Both the position numbers and the translations under genes were made by a program. From the IMG/VR virus record IMGVR_UViG_3300030060_008003, positions 1 to 64,000 of that record: a stretch of DNA of 64,000 bases. One strand, 5' to 3'. Shown here piece after piece: positions 28,545-37,669 of this stretch. Source of the stretch: a virus. The first letter of the stretch is position 1, and each line of letters opens with the position of its first letter. Below the pieces are notes generated by a model that did no database searches, was not told the origin of the DNA, and saw only the letters and a program-made list of their open reading frames with translations.

Positions 28545-29322
28545 CTTCCATATTTACTTTACGCTTAACGCTGTTAGCTCCTACGTGAAGCAGTTTGTTC
28601 CTGATACTACAATATTTGTATGGGATGAAAAGCAAGACTATAAACCCAATATACGAAAGAGTATCCTTAAGGAATATAAGGGTAATCGATCTAAAGATTC
28701 TTCACCTCATCAAAATAACGAGGTAATTAAGTCCATACTCTACTCAATGGGTATCAATTCTATCTTTCCTCGCGAACTAGAGGCAGATGATATTGTTGCA
28801 TACATTTGTAGAGAGCACGAAGGTTCAAAAGTAATTATCTCAGTAGATAGAGACTTTCTGCAGTTAGTTAGTTCCGAGTGTACCTTATACGATCCGATAC
28901 GTAAGAGATTCTTTGAAGATAGTAATTTTGAAGAGCAGACAGGATATAAGGATGTTGAGCAATGGTTTACTGCAAAATGTTTAACAGGTGATAAGTCGGA
29001 TAATGTACCAGGTATACCTCGCTTTGGTAAAGCTTCAGTTAAAAAATATTTTGAAGATCCTGGATTTATGCTAGATGATTCTCAACGCGAAATATTCAAA
29101 CGAAACGTAGATATATTTTGTTTAGATAAGTATGAGTCTCTACCTGATGAAGCACAATACTATAAAGATCAATTAGCTGTTAAAGTTGATCCTTCATATA
29201 AGGTATTTCTTGAATATTGTGAGGAATATTCCTTTAAGAGAATTCTAGATAAAAAAGAAGATTGGCATAATTTGTTTTTCATGAAAAGCTTATATAATAA
29301 GTTAAATGATATCGCTTCCTGA
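28438..29322 (+). CDS. rnh: RNase H / 5'-3' flap exonuclease
   Basis: IIDGNN, WD, YKGNR, EADD, SVDRDFLQ, GDKSDNVPGI. Confidence 0.92.
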   Translation: MKTLIIDGNNLIHRTYHTAKIQSKKTKNHTDYQVSNFHIYFTLNAVSSYVKQFVPDTTIFVWDEKQDYKPNIRKSILKEYKGNRSKDSSPHQNNEVIKSILYSMGINSIFPRELEADDIVAYICREHEGSKVIISVDRDFLQLVSSECTLYDPIRKRFFEDSNFEEQTGYKDVEQWFTAKCLTGDKSDNVPGIPRFGKASVKKYFEDPGFMLDDSQREIFKRNVDIFCLDKYESLPDEAQYYKDQLAVKVDPSYKVFLEYCEEYSFKRILDKKEDWHNLFFMKSLYNKLNDIAS

Positions 29323-30367
29323 AGATTTTGTTATACTAAAATTCTTTGAGCTAGGTTTTTATCCTAAGTATAACAAATTTAATAACGTCTACCAATGCAG
29401 CTGCCCTATCTGCAGAGAAGGTAAGTCGTTAGGTAAAAAAAGACGATGTTATTATATACCTAAAAATGAGAATATATTTTGTCATAACTGTGGATGGTCT
29501 GGTAAACCGTTAAGATGGATAAAAGAGGTATCAGGTACTACAGATAAAGATATAATTAAAGAATTAAAAGATCATGTTCCGGACGCTGCAGATATTATTG
29601 AAAGAAGTGAAGATACTAAACCAAACTTTAAAGTCGCTACCTTACCTAAGGATAGTATTAATTTGTCTGATGAGCTTCAGCTTAACTTTTATAATAGTAG
29701 TAACGTTGTTACAGCTGTTAGACATCTAATTAAAGAGCGGCGATTAGATACAGCGATAAATAAACCTTCATCGTTATATGTATCATTAACTGATATGGTA
29801 CATAAAAATAGACTCGTTATACCCTTCTTTAACGAGCATGATGAAATTGAGTTCTATCAAACAAGGACGGTTCTAAACAAAGATAATAAAGTTAAACCGA
29901 AATACTTAGGAAAGGTAAATGCTGAAAAAACTCTCTTTAATATTGATCGTGTAAGTAATGATCATGACTGCGTTTATATATTTGAAGGACCGATTAATGC
30001 TTTTTTTACGAAAAATTCAATTGCTGTAGCAGGTATTACTGAACGTGGTAAATCATTTACACAGCGACAAGAGGAGCAGTTAAATACAACGCTTAAATGG
30101 TATGATAAGACGTGGATACTTGATTCACAGTGGGTTGATCAAGCATCCTTAGTAAAGTCTGAAGTACTACTCAAACAAGGGGAGAGAGTGTTTATATGGC
30201 CGGAAAAGTTTGGCAAGAGATTTAAAGACTTTAATGATATTGCTATTGCTTGTAAGATAGATGAAATAAAGTGGAGCTTTATAGAAAAAAATACCTTCGA
30301 CGGAATCGAAGGTATTGTGAGATTATCTGAGATTAAAAAGTACCGTAATCAAACGTATTTAAATTGA
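29306..30367 (+). CDS. 61: gp61 DNA primase
   Basis: CPIC...CHNCG Zn finger, RLVIPF, PKYL, FEGPINA, KDFND. Confidence 0.92.
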   Translation: MISLPEDFVILKFFELGFYPKYNKFNNVYQCSCPICREGKSLGKKRRCYYIPKNENIFCHNCGWSGKPLRWIKEVSGTTDKDIIKELKDHVPDAADIIERSEDTKPNFKVATLPKDSINLSDELQLNFYNSSNVVTAVRHLIKERRLDTAINKPSSLYVSLTDMVHKNRLVIPFFNEHDEIEFYQTRTVLNKDNKVKPKYLGKVNAEKTLFNIDRVSNDHDCVYIFEGPINAFFTKNSIAVAGITERGKSFTQRQEEQLNTTLKWYDKTWILDSQWVDQASLVKSEVLLKQGERVFIWPEKFGKRFKDFNDIAIACKIDEIKWSFIEKNTFDGIEGIVRLSEIKKYRNQTYLN

Positions 30368-30786
30368 GCATTTCCAGTTTGAGCGATATAACCCTTAAAG
30401 GACTCATTTAGAGCAGCAAGCTCTGTAGCAACTCTAGCAATTTTACGTTGCTCGGAAGCTTTCATACGGTCAAAGATTGTATCGGGTTCGGCATTAGCTA
30501 ATAAAGTTTGAATAGAGTCTGGAGAAGAGCCGTTTAAGTACTCTAGAAACTGCTCAATTTCACCAACCCAACCTTCAAGCTTAGTTCTCATAGCCGCGTT
30601 GCGCTCACTAACAGCTTGTGCAGCCTTTACATTTGGATCTTCATCAACAGCAACTTCATCAACTTCAACATCTACGTCAAAATCACCAGCTTCAGTATTA
30701 TCCTCTAACTCCGCTTCAAAAGCTGCTCTCTCCTCTTCAGCTTGCTCGTTAAGAGATTTTAAAAAACGTTTCTCAAATTTGGTCAT
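30349..30786 (-). CDS. late hypothetical protein, internal head/scaffold-like
   Basis: MTKFEKRFLKSLNE propeptide-like start, acidic, late promoter. Confidence 0.55.
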   Translation of the reverse strand: MTKFEKRFLKSLNEQAEEERAAFEAELEDNTEAGDFDVDVEVDEVAVDEDPNVKAAQAVSERNAAMRTKLEGWVGEIEQFLEYLNGSSPDSIQTLLANAEPDTIFDRMKASEQRKIARVATELAALNESFKGYIAQTGNAQFKYV

Positions 30787-30791
30787 AAAAT

Positions 30792-30813
30792 TATTTAGTC
30801 TCTAGCATAAATA
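30792..30813. promoter_or_regulatory. back-to-back late promoters
   Basis: TAAATA on - (30792-97) and + (30808-13), each 5 nt from an ATG. Confidence 0.7.
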
Positions 30814-30818
30814 ATTAC

Positions 30819-31145
30819 ATGGATGGACCAGAATTTCCTTACAGTGTAGGCCCAGAAGATAAGCCTATCAACTTTCATATGAATGCTTCAGATCAAATGG
30901 GTATGTATAAGGATAATGAAAAACACCAAAAAGCTCCACCTATTTTACCGTATCACTTACAGCAAATGAATCAGCTCCTAGGAGACACGTTTACAAATTT
31001 AGTTGAAGTAAGAAATATGTTAGCCGCGGCAAAATCTAATGAAAATATTGCTGGTGGTGTTATTGATCAAATTAACAATAAAATTGATCAAATTAACGAA
31101 CTACTACTTGATATTCCGGAGGATATGGCTAAAATAGCTATATGA
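30819..31145 (+). CDS. late hypothetical protein
   Basis: TAAATA 5 nt upstream; coiled-coil-like C-terminus. Confidence 0.6.
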   Translation: MDGPEFPYSVGPEDKPINFHMNASDQMGMYKDNEKHQKAPPILPYHLQQMNQLLGDTFTNLVEVRNMLAAAKSNENIAGGVIDQINNKIDQINELLLDIPEDMAKIAI

Positions 31146-31597
31146 CTATCTTAAGGTCGCTTTTTATTACCATATTAGTATCTCTTGCTATTGGTTTTGG
31201 ATTACGTAATATATTTGGATTTTGGGAGACTGCAGTTCTCGTATTTGTTTGCCAGTTTTTAATTGCTTTTATTGTTTCATCTCTAAAGATTAACAGAGTA
31301 GATAATCTTACTGCAGAGTTTGAAGGAGAATTACAACAACTTCTTGATCTCAATGAAGCGACAATTGTATGCCCATGTAATAATAATACCTTTCAGCAAA
31401 ATGTATTTATTAATATGGATAATACATTTACTTGTGACAAATGTAATAACACATATAGAATAGATGTTAACTTAGTACCGACACTCCTAACAGAAACTAT
31501 TGATGTTAATAAGACATTTACTGATTTAGCTAAAGAAATAAAAGAAAGCGATGATATAAAAATAACATCTGACTATAAGCCAGGAACGGAACTATAA
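31142..31597 (+). CDS. membrane protein with two N-terminal TM helices and a Cys ribbon
   Basis: Hydrophobic residues 4-47; CPC...CDKC. Confidence 0.6.
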   Translation: MTILRSLFITILVSLAIGFGLRNIFGFWETAVLVFVCQFLIAFIVSSLKINRVDNLTAEFEGELQQLLDLNEATIVCPCNNNTFQQNVFINMDNTFTCDKCNNTYRIDVNLVPTLLTETIDVNKTFTDLAKEIKESDDIKITSDYKPGTEL

Positions 31598-31607
31598 TAT
31601 AATTATA
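31588..31607 (+). promoter_or_regulatory. GGAACT-class promoter, copy 1
   Basis: GGAACTATAATATAATTATA, identical to 57375-57394. Confidence 0.6.
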
Positions 31608-31609
31608 TT

Positions 31610-31843
31610 ATGAATAAACATGAATTTAAACTGAAAGACGGTACAACGAAGACGATGGACTTTGATGAACTAGTTCGTTGGGCTTGTCTAATTGAAGCGC
31701 TTGAAGTAGTAGGTGGTAGAGAAGATATCGATATTGAAAGTAATAACTGGATTAAGCCTCTCGCTTTTCAAAAGTATATTGATGAAAGATTTCATTCAAT
31801 GAAGCATGATCTCAAGGTAGAAGCTACTTTAGGTAACTTATAA
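31610..31843 (+). CDS. hypothetical protein
   Basis: 77 aa; GGAACT-ATAA-TATAAT promoter-like motif upstream. Confidence 0.6.
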   Translation: MNKHEFKLKDGTTKTMDFDELVRWACLIEALEVVGGREDIDIESNNWIKPLAFQKYIDERFHSMKHDLKVEATLGNL

Positions 31844-32665
31844 ACCTAATTCTTCTTTTACAGTTTGGATATATTCTGCTGATACTTTGTCTTTAAATCT
31901 TTTGATTATTTCATTAGTATCTTTTCCAATTTCTTGGAATCCAATCATATAATTACGGAATCTATCTTCTTTAGTTGGGCGATAAGGAACACCAGTGGGT
32001 CTACCAAAGCGATGTAACCATCGAAGAAATGGTAAACAAACAGCCTTTCGCCCAGCTAATCTATATTTTTCATGAATATAGCCTTCTTCACCACCAAACC
32101 CTCTAAACTTTTTATTAAAGCCTAACCAGCTATCTTTTCTACATGTAAATAAACCTAAACCTTGTGCTGGTATTTCAAATGGTTTATTATTAGGATCTTT
32201 ACCTCGTTTATCTGTATCCCAAACACCCCACATATCACTGCCCCACTTATCGAGATTAAAGTGGGTGCTTACGTTCTTCATATCATCGTATATTAACGGT
32301 CCCTGTAAAAGGTTTTGATGATCTTTACCCGCGTCGTAAAAATCTAAAAGCTTTTTTAAGCTGCCAGGATCTAATAATACATGACAATCTAATACTAATA
32401 CGTATTCAGTGTTAGCTAAACCAAATATTTTATCTCTTAAAGAGGTTGCTGAAAAACCATCAAACTCAACATATGTTACAGGCTCTTTAAGCCAGTCGAC
32501 AAACTTACGGATCTCTCTTCCTTGTGCTGATTTAGGATTATTGTTAATGATAACAAATTCTAACCTATCTAATACCTCTTTATGGTGTAATCTTAAGGAT
32601 TGAATTGTAAAATAGAGACCTTCATAGTCATCGTAAACGCAAGTTCCAATAGTTAGTTTTCCCAC
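31838..32665 (-). CDS. GT-A glycosyltransferase with ppGalNAc-T-like motifs
   Basis: VLDCHV (DxH), GLGLF, FGGEEG, WLHRFGR. Confidence 0.75.
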   Translation of the reverse strand: MGKLTIGTCVYDDYEGLYFTIQSLRLHHKEVLDRLEFVIINNNPKSAQGREIRKFVDWLKEPVTYVEFDGFSATSLRDKIFGLANTEYVLVLDCHVLLDPGSLKKLLDFYDAGKDHQNLLQGPLIYDDMKNVSTHFNLDKWGSDMWGVWDTDKRGKDPNNKPFEIPAQGLGLFTCRKDSWLGFNKKFRGFGGEEGYIHEKYRLAGRKAVCLPFLRWLHRFGRPTGVPYRPTKEDRFRNYMIGFQEIGKDTNEIIKRFKDKVSAEYIQTVKEELGL

Positions 32666-32676
32666 ACTAATAATTA

Positions 32677-35600
32677 CTAAAACTGCAAGTTATTGCAATC
32701 TTCATCCTCCGGACAAATAGTTGTAGTCACCGTTAATACAGGAGGAACTGTCGTTGTCGTAGTAGTTGTCGTTGTCGTAGTAGTCGTAGTTGTAAGCTCG
32801 TCCATTATGAACGGTGTTTGTAACGGTAAAATAGGAGCCGGATATATAAATGTCGGTGGTTCCGGTGGTTCTGGCGGTTCCGGTGGTTCCGGTGGTTCGG
32901 GAGGCAGAGTAACTACTGGGTCACGAGGGTCCGGAGGACCGCCAAAGTCATTCGGTGTAACAATATGTGGTGGAATAGTCGTACACGGAGGTGGAGGAGT
33001 AGTATATACTGGCGGCGTCGTATACGGGGGAGTAGTGTACGGAGGTGTAGTGTATGGGGGTGTCGTATACGGAGGAGTAGTTTTATAAGGTGGTTCAGTT
33101 GTAGGATCTTCATATATCCTAAAATCACTACCACTTCCGTCAGTTGGATCAGAAAATATTAATCCAGGTAAATCAATTGTTATATCAATCGGGCTACCGT
33201 TTAATGAACCATCTGATTCGTCATCTGGCTCAGGGTAAGGATTATAGCATATACCCTCTTCATTACGCCTCCAGCCATCAGGGCAAACATCCACACATTC
33301 TCCGTTAACTCTTTCCTTACCTTCAGGACACGGTGGTGGGGTTACTGGAGGCGTTGTATCATCCGGTGGAGGAGTCGTACCATCATCCGGTGGAGGAGTC
33401 GTACCATCATCCGGTGGAGGAGTTGTATAACCACCACCTGGATCAGGTGTAGTGTCTGTACCGTCCCCTGCACCCTTTAAAAGTTCTTCATCAATATCAA
33501 CTGTGTTAGGTGTATAATCACCACCGTACACACCCATCGTTTCACCTGCTAGTCTAGTTATTGCATTGTTTATAAGCTCCTGTATTGCAAGTGTACCGTA
33601 GAAAGGACCACCGCTAGTAGTAAAATGAGTTTCAATTAGAATCGGTGTATTATTTGTATATATAAAAGTAGGGGAACTACTATCGCCTTTTTGTAATGGT
33701 TCATTGATGTAATTATCAGACTCTCGATATTCTTCGTCAACTTGATCGTGTGGTGGAAATGTAATATTAACACCATTATTAGATCCCCCTCCATATTTTA
33801 CAATAAGCGCTTTTCTTTCTTGATCCGTGCGTACAAAATGACCACCTTTTAGAATTTCTGAATATTCAGTCAAACTCTTAGGTTGAGGTAGTGAGTAAAT
33901 TGTTACATTATCAACCGGTTCATTGAGTAAACCAACAGTTACATCATACTTATCAGAACCTCCGACTTCCCGATCTAGATTTTGCGTTAAAACTATCCTT
34001 CTAGTAATTCTATTTCCATTTTTATCTACAAAAACTACTTCACCGCCAAATGGATCATTAGGACCATATAAAACAGGCCAATGTTTTGATATGACGACAT
34101 GCTGCGGGGTTATTAATGTAGCTGCCTTTCTCCATGGAGGTGGTCTATCATTTTGATTTTGTGGTGACCATGTTTCTGCACCAGCCTCATTAACTCCGGA
34201 AAAATCTACTTTTGACAGCCCATTACCAAAGTTAATAGGCATTGCATCTAAAAGAACCTTATTTATATTCTTAGCTGTTTGTGATGGCTCTCGCGCAGCT
34301 AGCTGCGACTCTATAGTCTCTGGGTCTTCAAATACTAAATCCGGATTATCGTCTAAAAACTTTTGGATAATACCGAGATCATCGTCTAGAAAACGCATCT
34401 GTATAAGCTTAGCATCCGCCGGCAGATTACTATCTCTGATTTCTACGTACTTTGCGTATGTTTCCTCAGCCAGTTCAACTATTTTTGTCCAGGTTAATAA
34501 CTCTAATTGACTAATTAGCCTTCGTTCACGAGCCTCGAAGCGTTTAGCAGCAATTTCTTCAATTCTAGCCGCTCGATCTATACCTTGTTGTCTTTGAGAT
34601 TCTAATTCTAGCTCAGCCTGCGATGTTCGATCCTCTTCTTCTTGTCTTTTCGCTTCAGCACGAGCTTCTGCTTCCTTTACTTTATCATCACTAACTTGCT
34701 GAATAGCTTGTTGTCGAGCTTGAGCTGCATTAAATAAAAACTGATTTATTAATACTGTTGTTGTACCTAACGAATTAATTTGATCAATATACTCTTGCTT
34801 TCTATAATAAGGTATAACATCCTCGCCTAATGAACTTATCGCCCGGTCTTTTATTGCATTAAGTCTTTCGAGCCTTTCTGCTACAACTCGCGCAGCAGCA
34901 TCTGCTGAAGCCTTATCAGCAGCGCGCTGCGCTGCATCCACCGCCCCTTTAAGTGATTCTATTTTTGCAAGTATGCTAACAAAAGCTGCCGCAAGGTTAA
35001 GAGCTGTAATTTTACTAGCATTTGTCCTCTGTGTAATTTGCCAGACAGCTGCTTGACTCCCAACTTGGCCTGTTTTATATGTTTCCTCTGCAAAAACAGC
35101 TGCAGCGTCTATAGCTTGTGATGCGCTTACAATATTATTATAAACATCTGTTATCGCAGTATTTGATAATACATTAAAATTATTAGCTGTAGTTAACCAT
35201 TGGTTAACACTCATCAAAGCCATAGCAACCTTTCCATTTGCTAAGTTCGCTGAGTCTCTGGCTCTTTCAGCCATGTCATTTAGATTTGTAACTCGATCTA
35301 CAAAACTTTGCGGAAATTCATTAGGCCTTCTTTGATTTTGTGCTCTTAATGACAAGCCAAGTGTTCCGGGTGAGTAACCGCGACCTCCGGAGGCGTTCGT
35401 ACCTGCTCCAATTGTATTCTCAGCAGCAGTAACTGATTCTTCAGCTAACACAGCTGCCGCTGCTAACGGATCGCGTATTGTATCAACAATATCACTCTTA
35501 CTAATCGTAACAGTTTCCGTCTCTGGAGCTGATTCGAGGTCTTCAGTAAGGCCACTTAACCCACTGTCACCAGGATAAGTTACCGTTGGGGTAGTTCCTC

Positions 35601-36306
35601 CCCCTGGTGGAGGTGTAACTTCATCAGGCGGTTGTGTAACACCCGTGTTTTCAACAATAGAAGGACGTGATGGTTCTGATTCCAAAACATCCGTAATAAT
35701 CTCTACTTCCCTTACAGTTACCCCCTCGCTCTGTGTATTATTAAAAAGGCCAGATATTAAATCTTGACTCTCTTGATTTAATCCTTCACTCTCTCGAGCC
35801 GGTGGTGGAGTAACACCAGGTGTCGATGGATCGTAATTAGGGTTAGGTATGTTTAAAGTTTGAGATTTAACATATGGCCTACCATCTACAATTTGCTGAA
35901 GAGATACAGTAACATCCATGCTACCGTCTTTAGCAACTTCATCAGCACCTAAAGTTAATCTTGCAGCATTTATAGTTATCTGCGCAGTACCAGCCGATAC
36001 TGCTGAATCACCATCTTCAAGTTCTGTCTTATTGTTAAAATCTTCAACAAAATATTCTACTTCCCCATCAAACCCTTTACTCAATGAAACGTAATCAACA
36101 TTAATGACCCCAGTGGTGTTATCAAATGAGCCCTCAACGCCACCAGCGCCGAGTTGCGGATAAGATATAACAGTTACAAAAACGTCTTGTATCTGTACAT
36201 CTGGATCTCCTAAATGCACAGAAGCCGGCGCCGGGGTTCCAGACGACAACCCCATTGGATCAGGAGTTGTTTGATATTGAGAAAAATCTGGAGCCGGTGT
36301 TTCCAT
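32677..36306 (-). CDS. large putative virion protein: coiled coil, trypsin-like serine protease, Cys-rich unit and mucin-like Pro/Thr tail
   Basis: ATLITPQHVVISKH, DVTVGLL, GDSSSP; CPEGKERVNGECVDVCPDG; PPPDDGTT, YTTPP, PPE and poly-Thr repeats. Confidence 0.7.
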   Translation of the reverse strand: METPAPDFSQYQTTPDPMGLSSGTPAPASVHLGDPDVQIQDVFVTVISYPQLGAGGVEGSFDNTTGVINVDYVSLSKGFDGEVEYFVEDFNNKTELEDGDSAVSAGTAQITINAARLTLGADEVAKDGSMDVTVSLQQIVDGRPYVKSQTLNIPNPNYDPSTPGVTPPPARESEGLNQESQDLISGLFNNTQSEGVTVREVEIITDVLESEPSRPSIVENTGVTQPPDEVTPPPGGGTTPTVTYPGDSGLSGLTEDLESAPETETVTISKSDIVDTIRDPLAAAAVLAEESVTAAENTIGAGTNASGGRGYSPGTLGLSLRAQNQRRPNEFPQSFVDRVTNLNDMAERARDSANLANGKVAMALMSVNQWLTTANNFNVLSNTAITDVYNNIVSASQAIDAAAVFAEETYKTGQVGSQAAVWQITQRTNASKITALNLAAAFVSILAKIESLKGAVDAAQRAADKASADAAARVVAERLERLNAIKDRAISSLGEDVIPYYRKQEYIDQINSLGTTTVLINQFLFNAAQARQQAIQQVSDDKVKEAEARAEAKRQEEEDRTSQAELELESQRQQGIDRAARIEEIAAKRFEARERRLISQLELLTWTKIVELAEETYAKYVEIRDSNLPADAKLIQMRFLDDDLGIIQKFLDDNPDLVFEDPETIESQLAAREPSQTAKNINKVLLDAMPINFGNGLSKVDFSGVNEAGAETWSPQNQNDRPPPWRKAATLITPQHVVISKHWPVLYGPNDPFGGEVVFVDKNGNRITRRIVLTQNLDREVGGSDKYDVTVGLLNEPVDNVTIYSLPQPKSLTEYSEILKGGHFVRTDQERKALIVKYGGGSNNGVNITFPPHDQVDEEYRESDNYINEPLQKGDSSSPTFIYTNNTPILIETHFTTSGGPFYGTLAIQELINNAITRLAGETMGVYGGDYTPNTVDIDEELLKGAGDGTDTTPDPGGGYTTPPPDDGTTPPPDDGTTPPPDDTTPPVTPPPCPEGKERVNGECVDVCPDGWRRNEEGICYNPYPEPDDESDGSLNGSPIDITIDLPGLIFSDPTDGSGSDFRIYEDPTTEPPYKTTPPYTTPPYTTPPYTTPPYTTPPVYTTPPPPCTTIPPHIVTPNDFGGPPDPRDPVVTLPPEPPEPPEPPEPPEPPTFIYPAPILPLQTPFIMDELTTTTTTTTTTTTTTTVPPVLTVTTTICPEDEDCNNLQF
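32748..33090 (-). repeat. coding tandem repeats: poly-Thr, (PPE)n, (YTTPP)n
   Basis: Degenerate 3/18-bp, 9-bp and 15-bp in-frame units. Confidence 0.85.
33358..33428 (-). repeat. 24-bp coding tandem repeat, about 3 copies (TTPPPDDG)
   Basis: ATCCGGTGGAGGAGTCGTACCATC at 33361, 33385 and partially at 33409. Confidence 0.9.
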
Positions 36307-37232
36307 TATGCAGTAATATTAGTGACAGTTGTAAATGGATTATTAGGTACAGTACTCAGACTCGGAGTTCGAATAGTTTCAGTAAGTACCTCACTTCCTT
36401 CGTATCCTTCAACATGAAAATTTCTTAAAAAGAAATCTTTTGCGCTCAATTGATAAGCTGCGGCAGTTGATGCATAATTTGCTGAAATTGGAGTAGTAAA
36501 GGCAAATCCACAATAAATGTTTTCTATATTAGAAAGAGTACTATATCTTGTACCGAGGCTAATTGCCGTTAGTAAGGTGTAAGTTGTTGTATCACTCTCA
36601 CGTGAATCAATAAATAGCGTTCGTCCAAGATTAACATATCTAAATCTTAAAGTCCTGTATGTGTCTGTAGATATAGTACTAAACGTAGTAGATATAGAAG
36701 AAAGATGATTATTAACAATTACGTTATGTAAAAAGTCTCGCGTTATAATTGATTCTCTTAATACTTTATTTGGTTGTACCCCGGGTCGATCATCTCTACC
36801 TGTTAACGCGTATTTACCAGTAGAATCAAACGCTACTTTAACTAACATACCACTAAGTACAGCCCCTTCGAGTAAAACTGTAGAATCGCCTTCTGTTTTC
36901 AAAGGTTCAGAAGAGGATAAAACACCTGCTTTGGTATACCCTTCCGTCAGCAGTGCATTTGCTGATAATATAAATTCTGGGTCTTGATCACCAATATATT
37001 GCCCGGGTAGACAAGATAAAGGTCTAGGTAAATTAGTTAAAAACGTTGAAAAACCTAATTCGTAATTATGAGATTTAGCTGTTGCACCAAAACTAGTACT
37101 CGGTAGCTTGTATTGAAAAGACCACGTAATATCATAATTTGAATTAAAAGATTTACCAACTTCGACGAAGGTATAATATCTTGCCTCCGCGGGTAATGAT
37201 ATATCTGTTGGAAATCCTGCTAATGCTGCCAT
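36306..37232 (-). CDS. late structural protein, beta-rich (possibly lectin-like)
   Basis: 308 aa, Ser/Thr-rich; late promoter; coupled to the 1209-aa gene. Confidence 0.55.
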   Translation of the reverse strand: MAALAGFPTDISLPAEARYYTFVEVGKSFNSNYDITWSFQYKLPSTSFGATAKSHNYELGFSTFLTNLPRPLSCLPGQYIGDQDPEFILSANALLTEGYTKAGVLSSSEPLKTEGDSTVLLEGAVLSGMLVKVAFDSTGKYALTGRDDRPGVQPNKVLRESIITRDFLHNVIVNNHLSSISTTFSTISTDTYRTLRFRYVNLGRTLFIDSRESDTTTYTLLTAISLGTRYSTLSNIENIYCGFAFTTPISANYASTAAAYQLSAKDFFLRNFHVEGYEGSEVLTETIRTPSLSTVPNNPFTTVTNITA

Positions 37233-37248
37233 ATATATATTTAATTAC

Positions 37249-37461
37249 TCATTCCTTTATAAAAGTACAGGTTAGAGATTTTGTTTTTTTGATTTGTGTT
37301 TTAAACACTAACATGTAACCTAACTTTGATAACTCTAAATGTACCGTTTTAAAGTGTTCGAATGGTATATTGACAAGGATACTTTCAAACTCGTTATCAT
37401 ATATAACGTAGTCGGAAAATTCTTCACAGAGTGCATTAGCTCTGCAAACACTTGTATTCAT
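37249..37461 (-). CDS. small hypothetical protein
   Basis: 70 aa; TAAATA 5 nt upstream. Confidence 0.6.
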   Translation of the reverse strand: MNTSVCRANALCEEFSDYVIYDNEFESILVNIPFEHFKTVHLELSKLGYMLVFKTQIKKTKSLTCTFIKE

Positions 37462-37469
37462 ACAAGTAT

Positions 37470-37637
37470 TTATTCATCATCAAAGACTTGAAGAATTTTA
37501 TCTATCTTTTCAATTAAAATATTCGTATCAGCATGTAGCTGACTTTCACTATATTTAAAGCTAGTGTTATTAGATAAAATTTCTTTTAGAGTTACAAAAT
37601 CTTCAAAATTAAGACCTTCAACTATAACTTCTTCCAT
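37470..37637 (-). CDS. 55-aa hypothetical protein missing from the ORF track
   Basis: MEEVIVEGLNFEDFVTLKEILSNNTSFKYSESQLHADTNILIEKIDKILQVFDDE fills the gap exactly. Confidence 0.6.
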   Translation of the reverse strand: MEEVIVEGLNFEDFVTLKEILSNNTSFKYSESQLHADTNILIEKIDKILQVFDDE

Positions 37638-37669
37638 ATTGTAGTTATATTCTCTACGCTATAAAGCAA

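Noticed and set aside
32748-33428. Short direct repeats as a CRISPR array
   Set aside because: In-frame tandem coding repeats with no unique spacers; no cas genes
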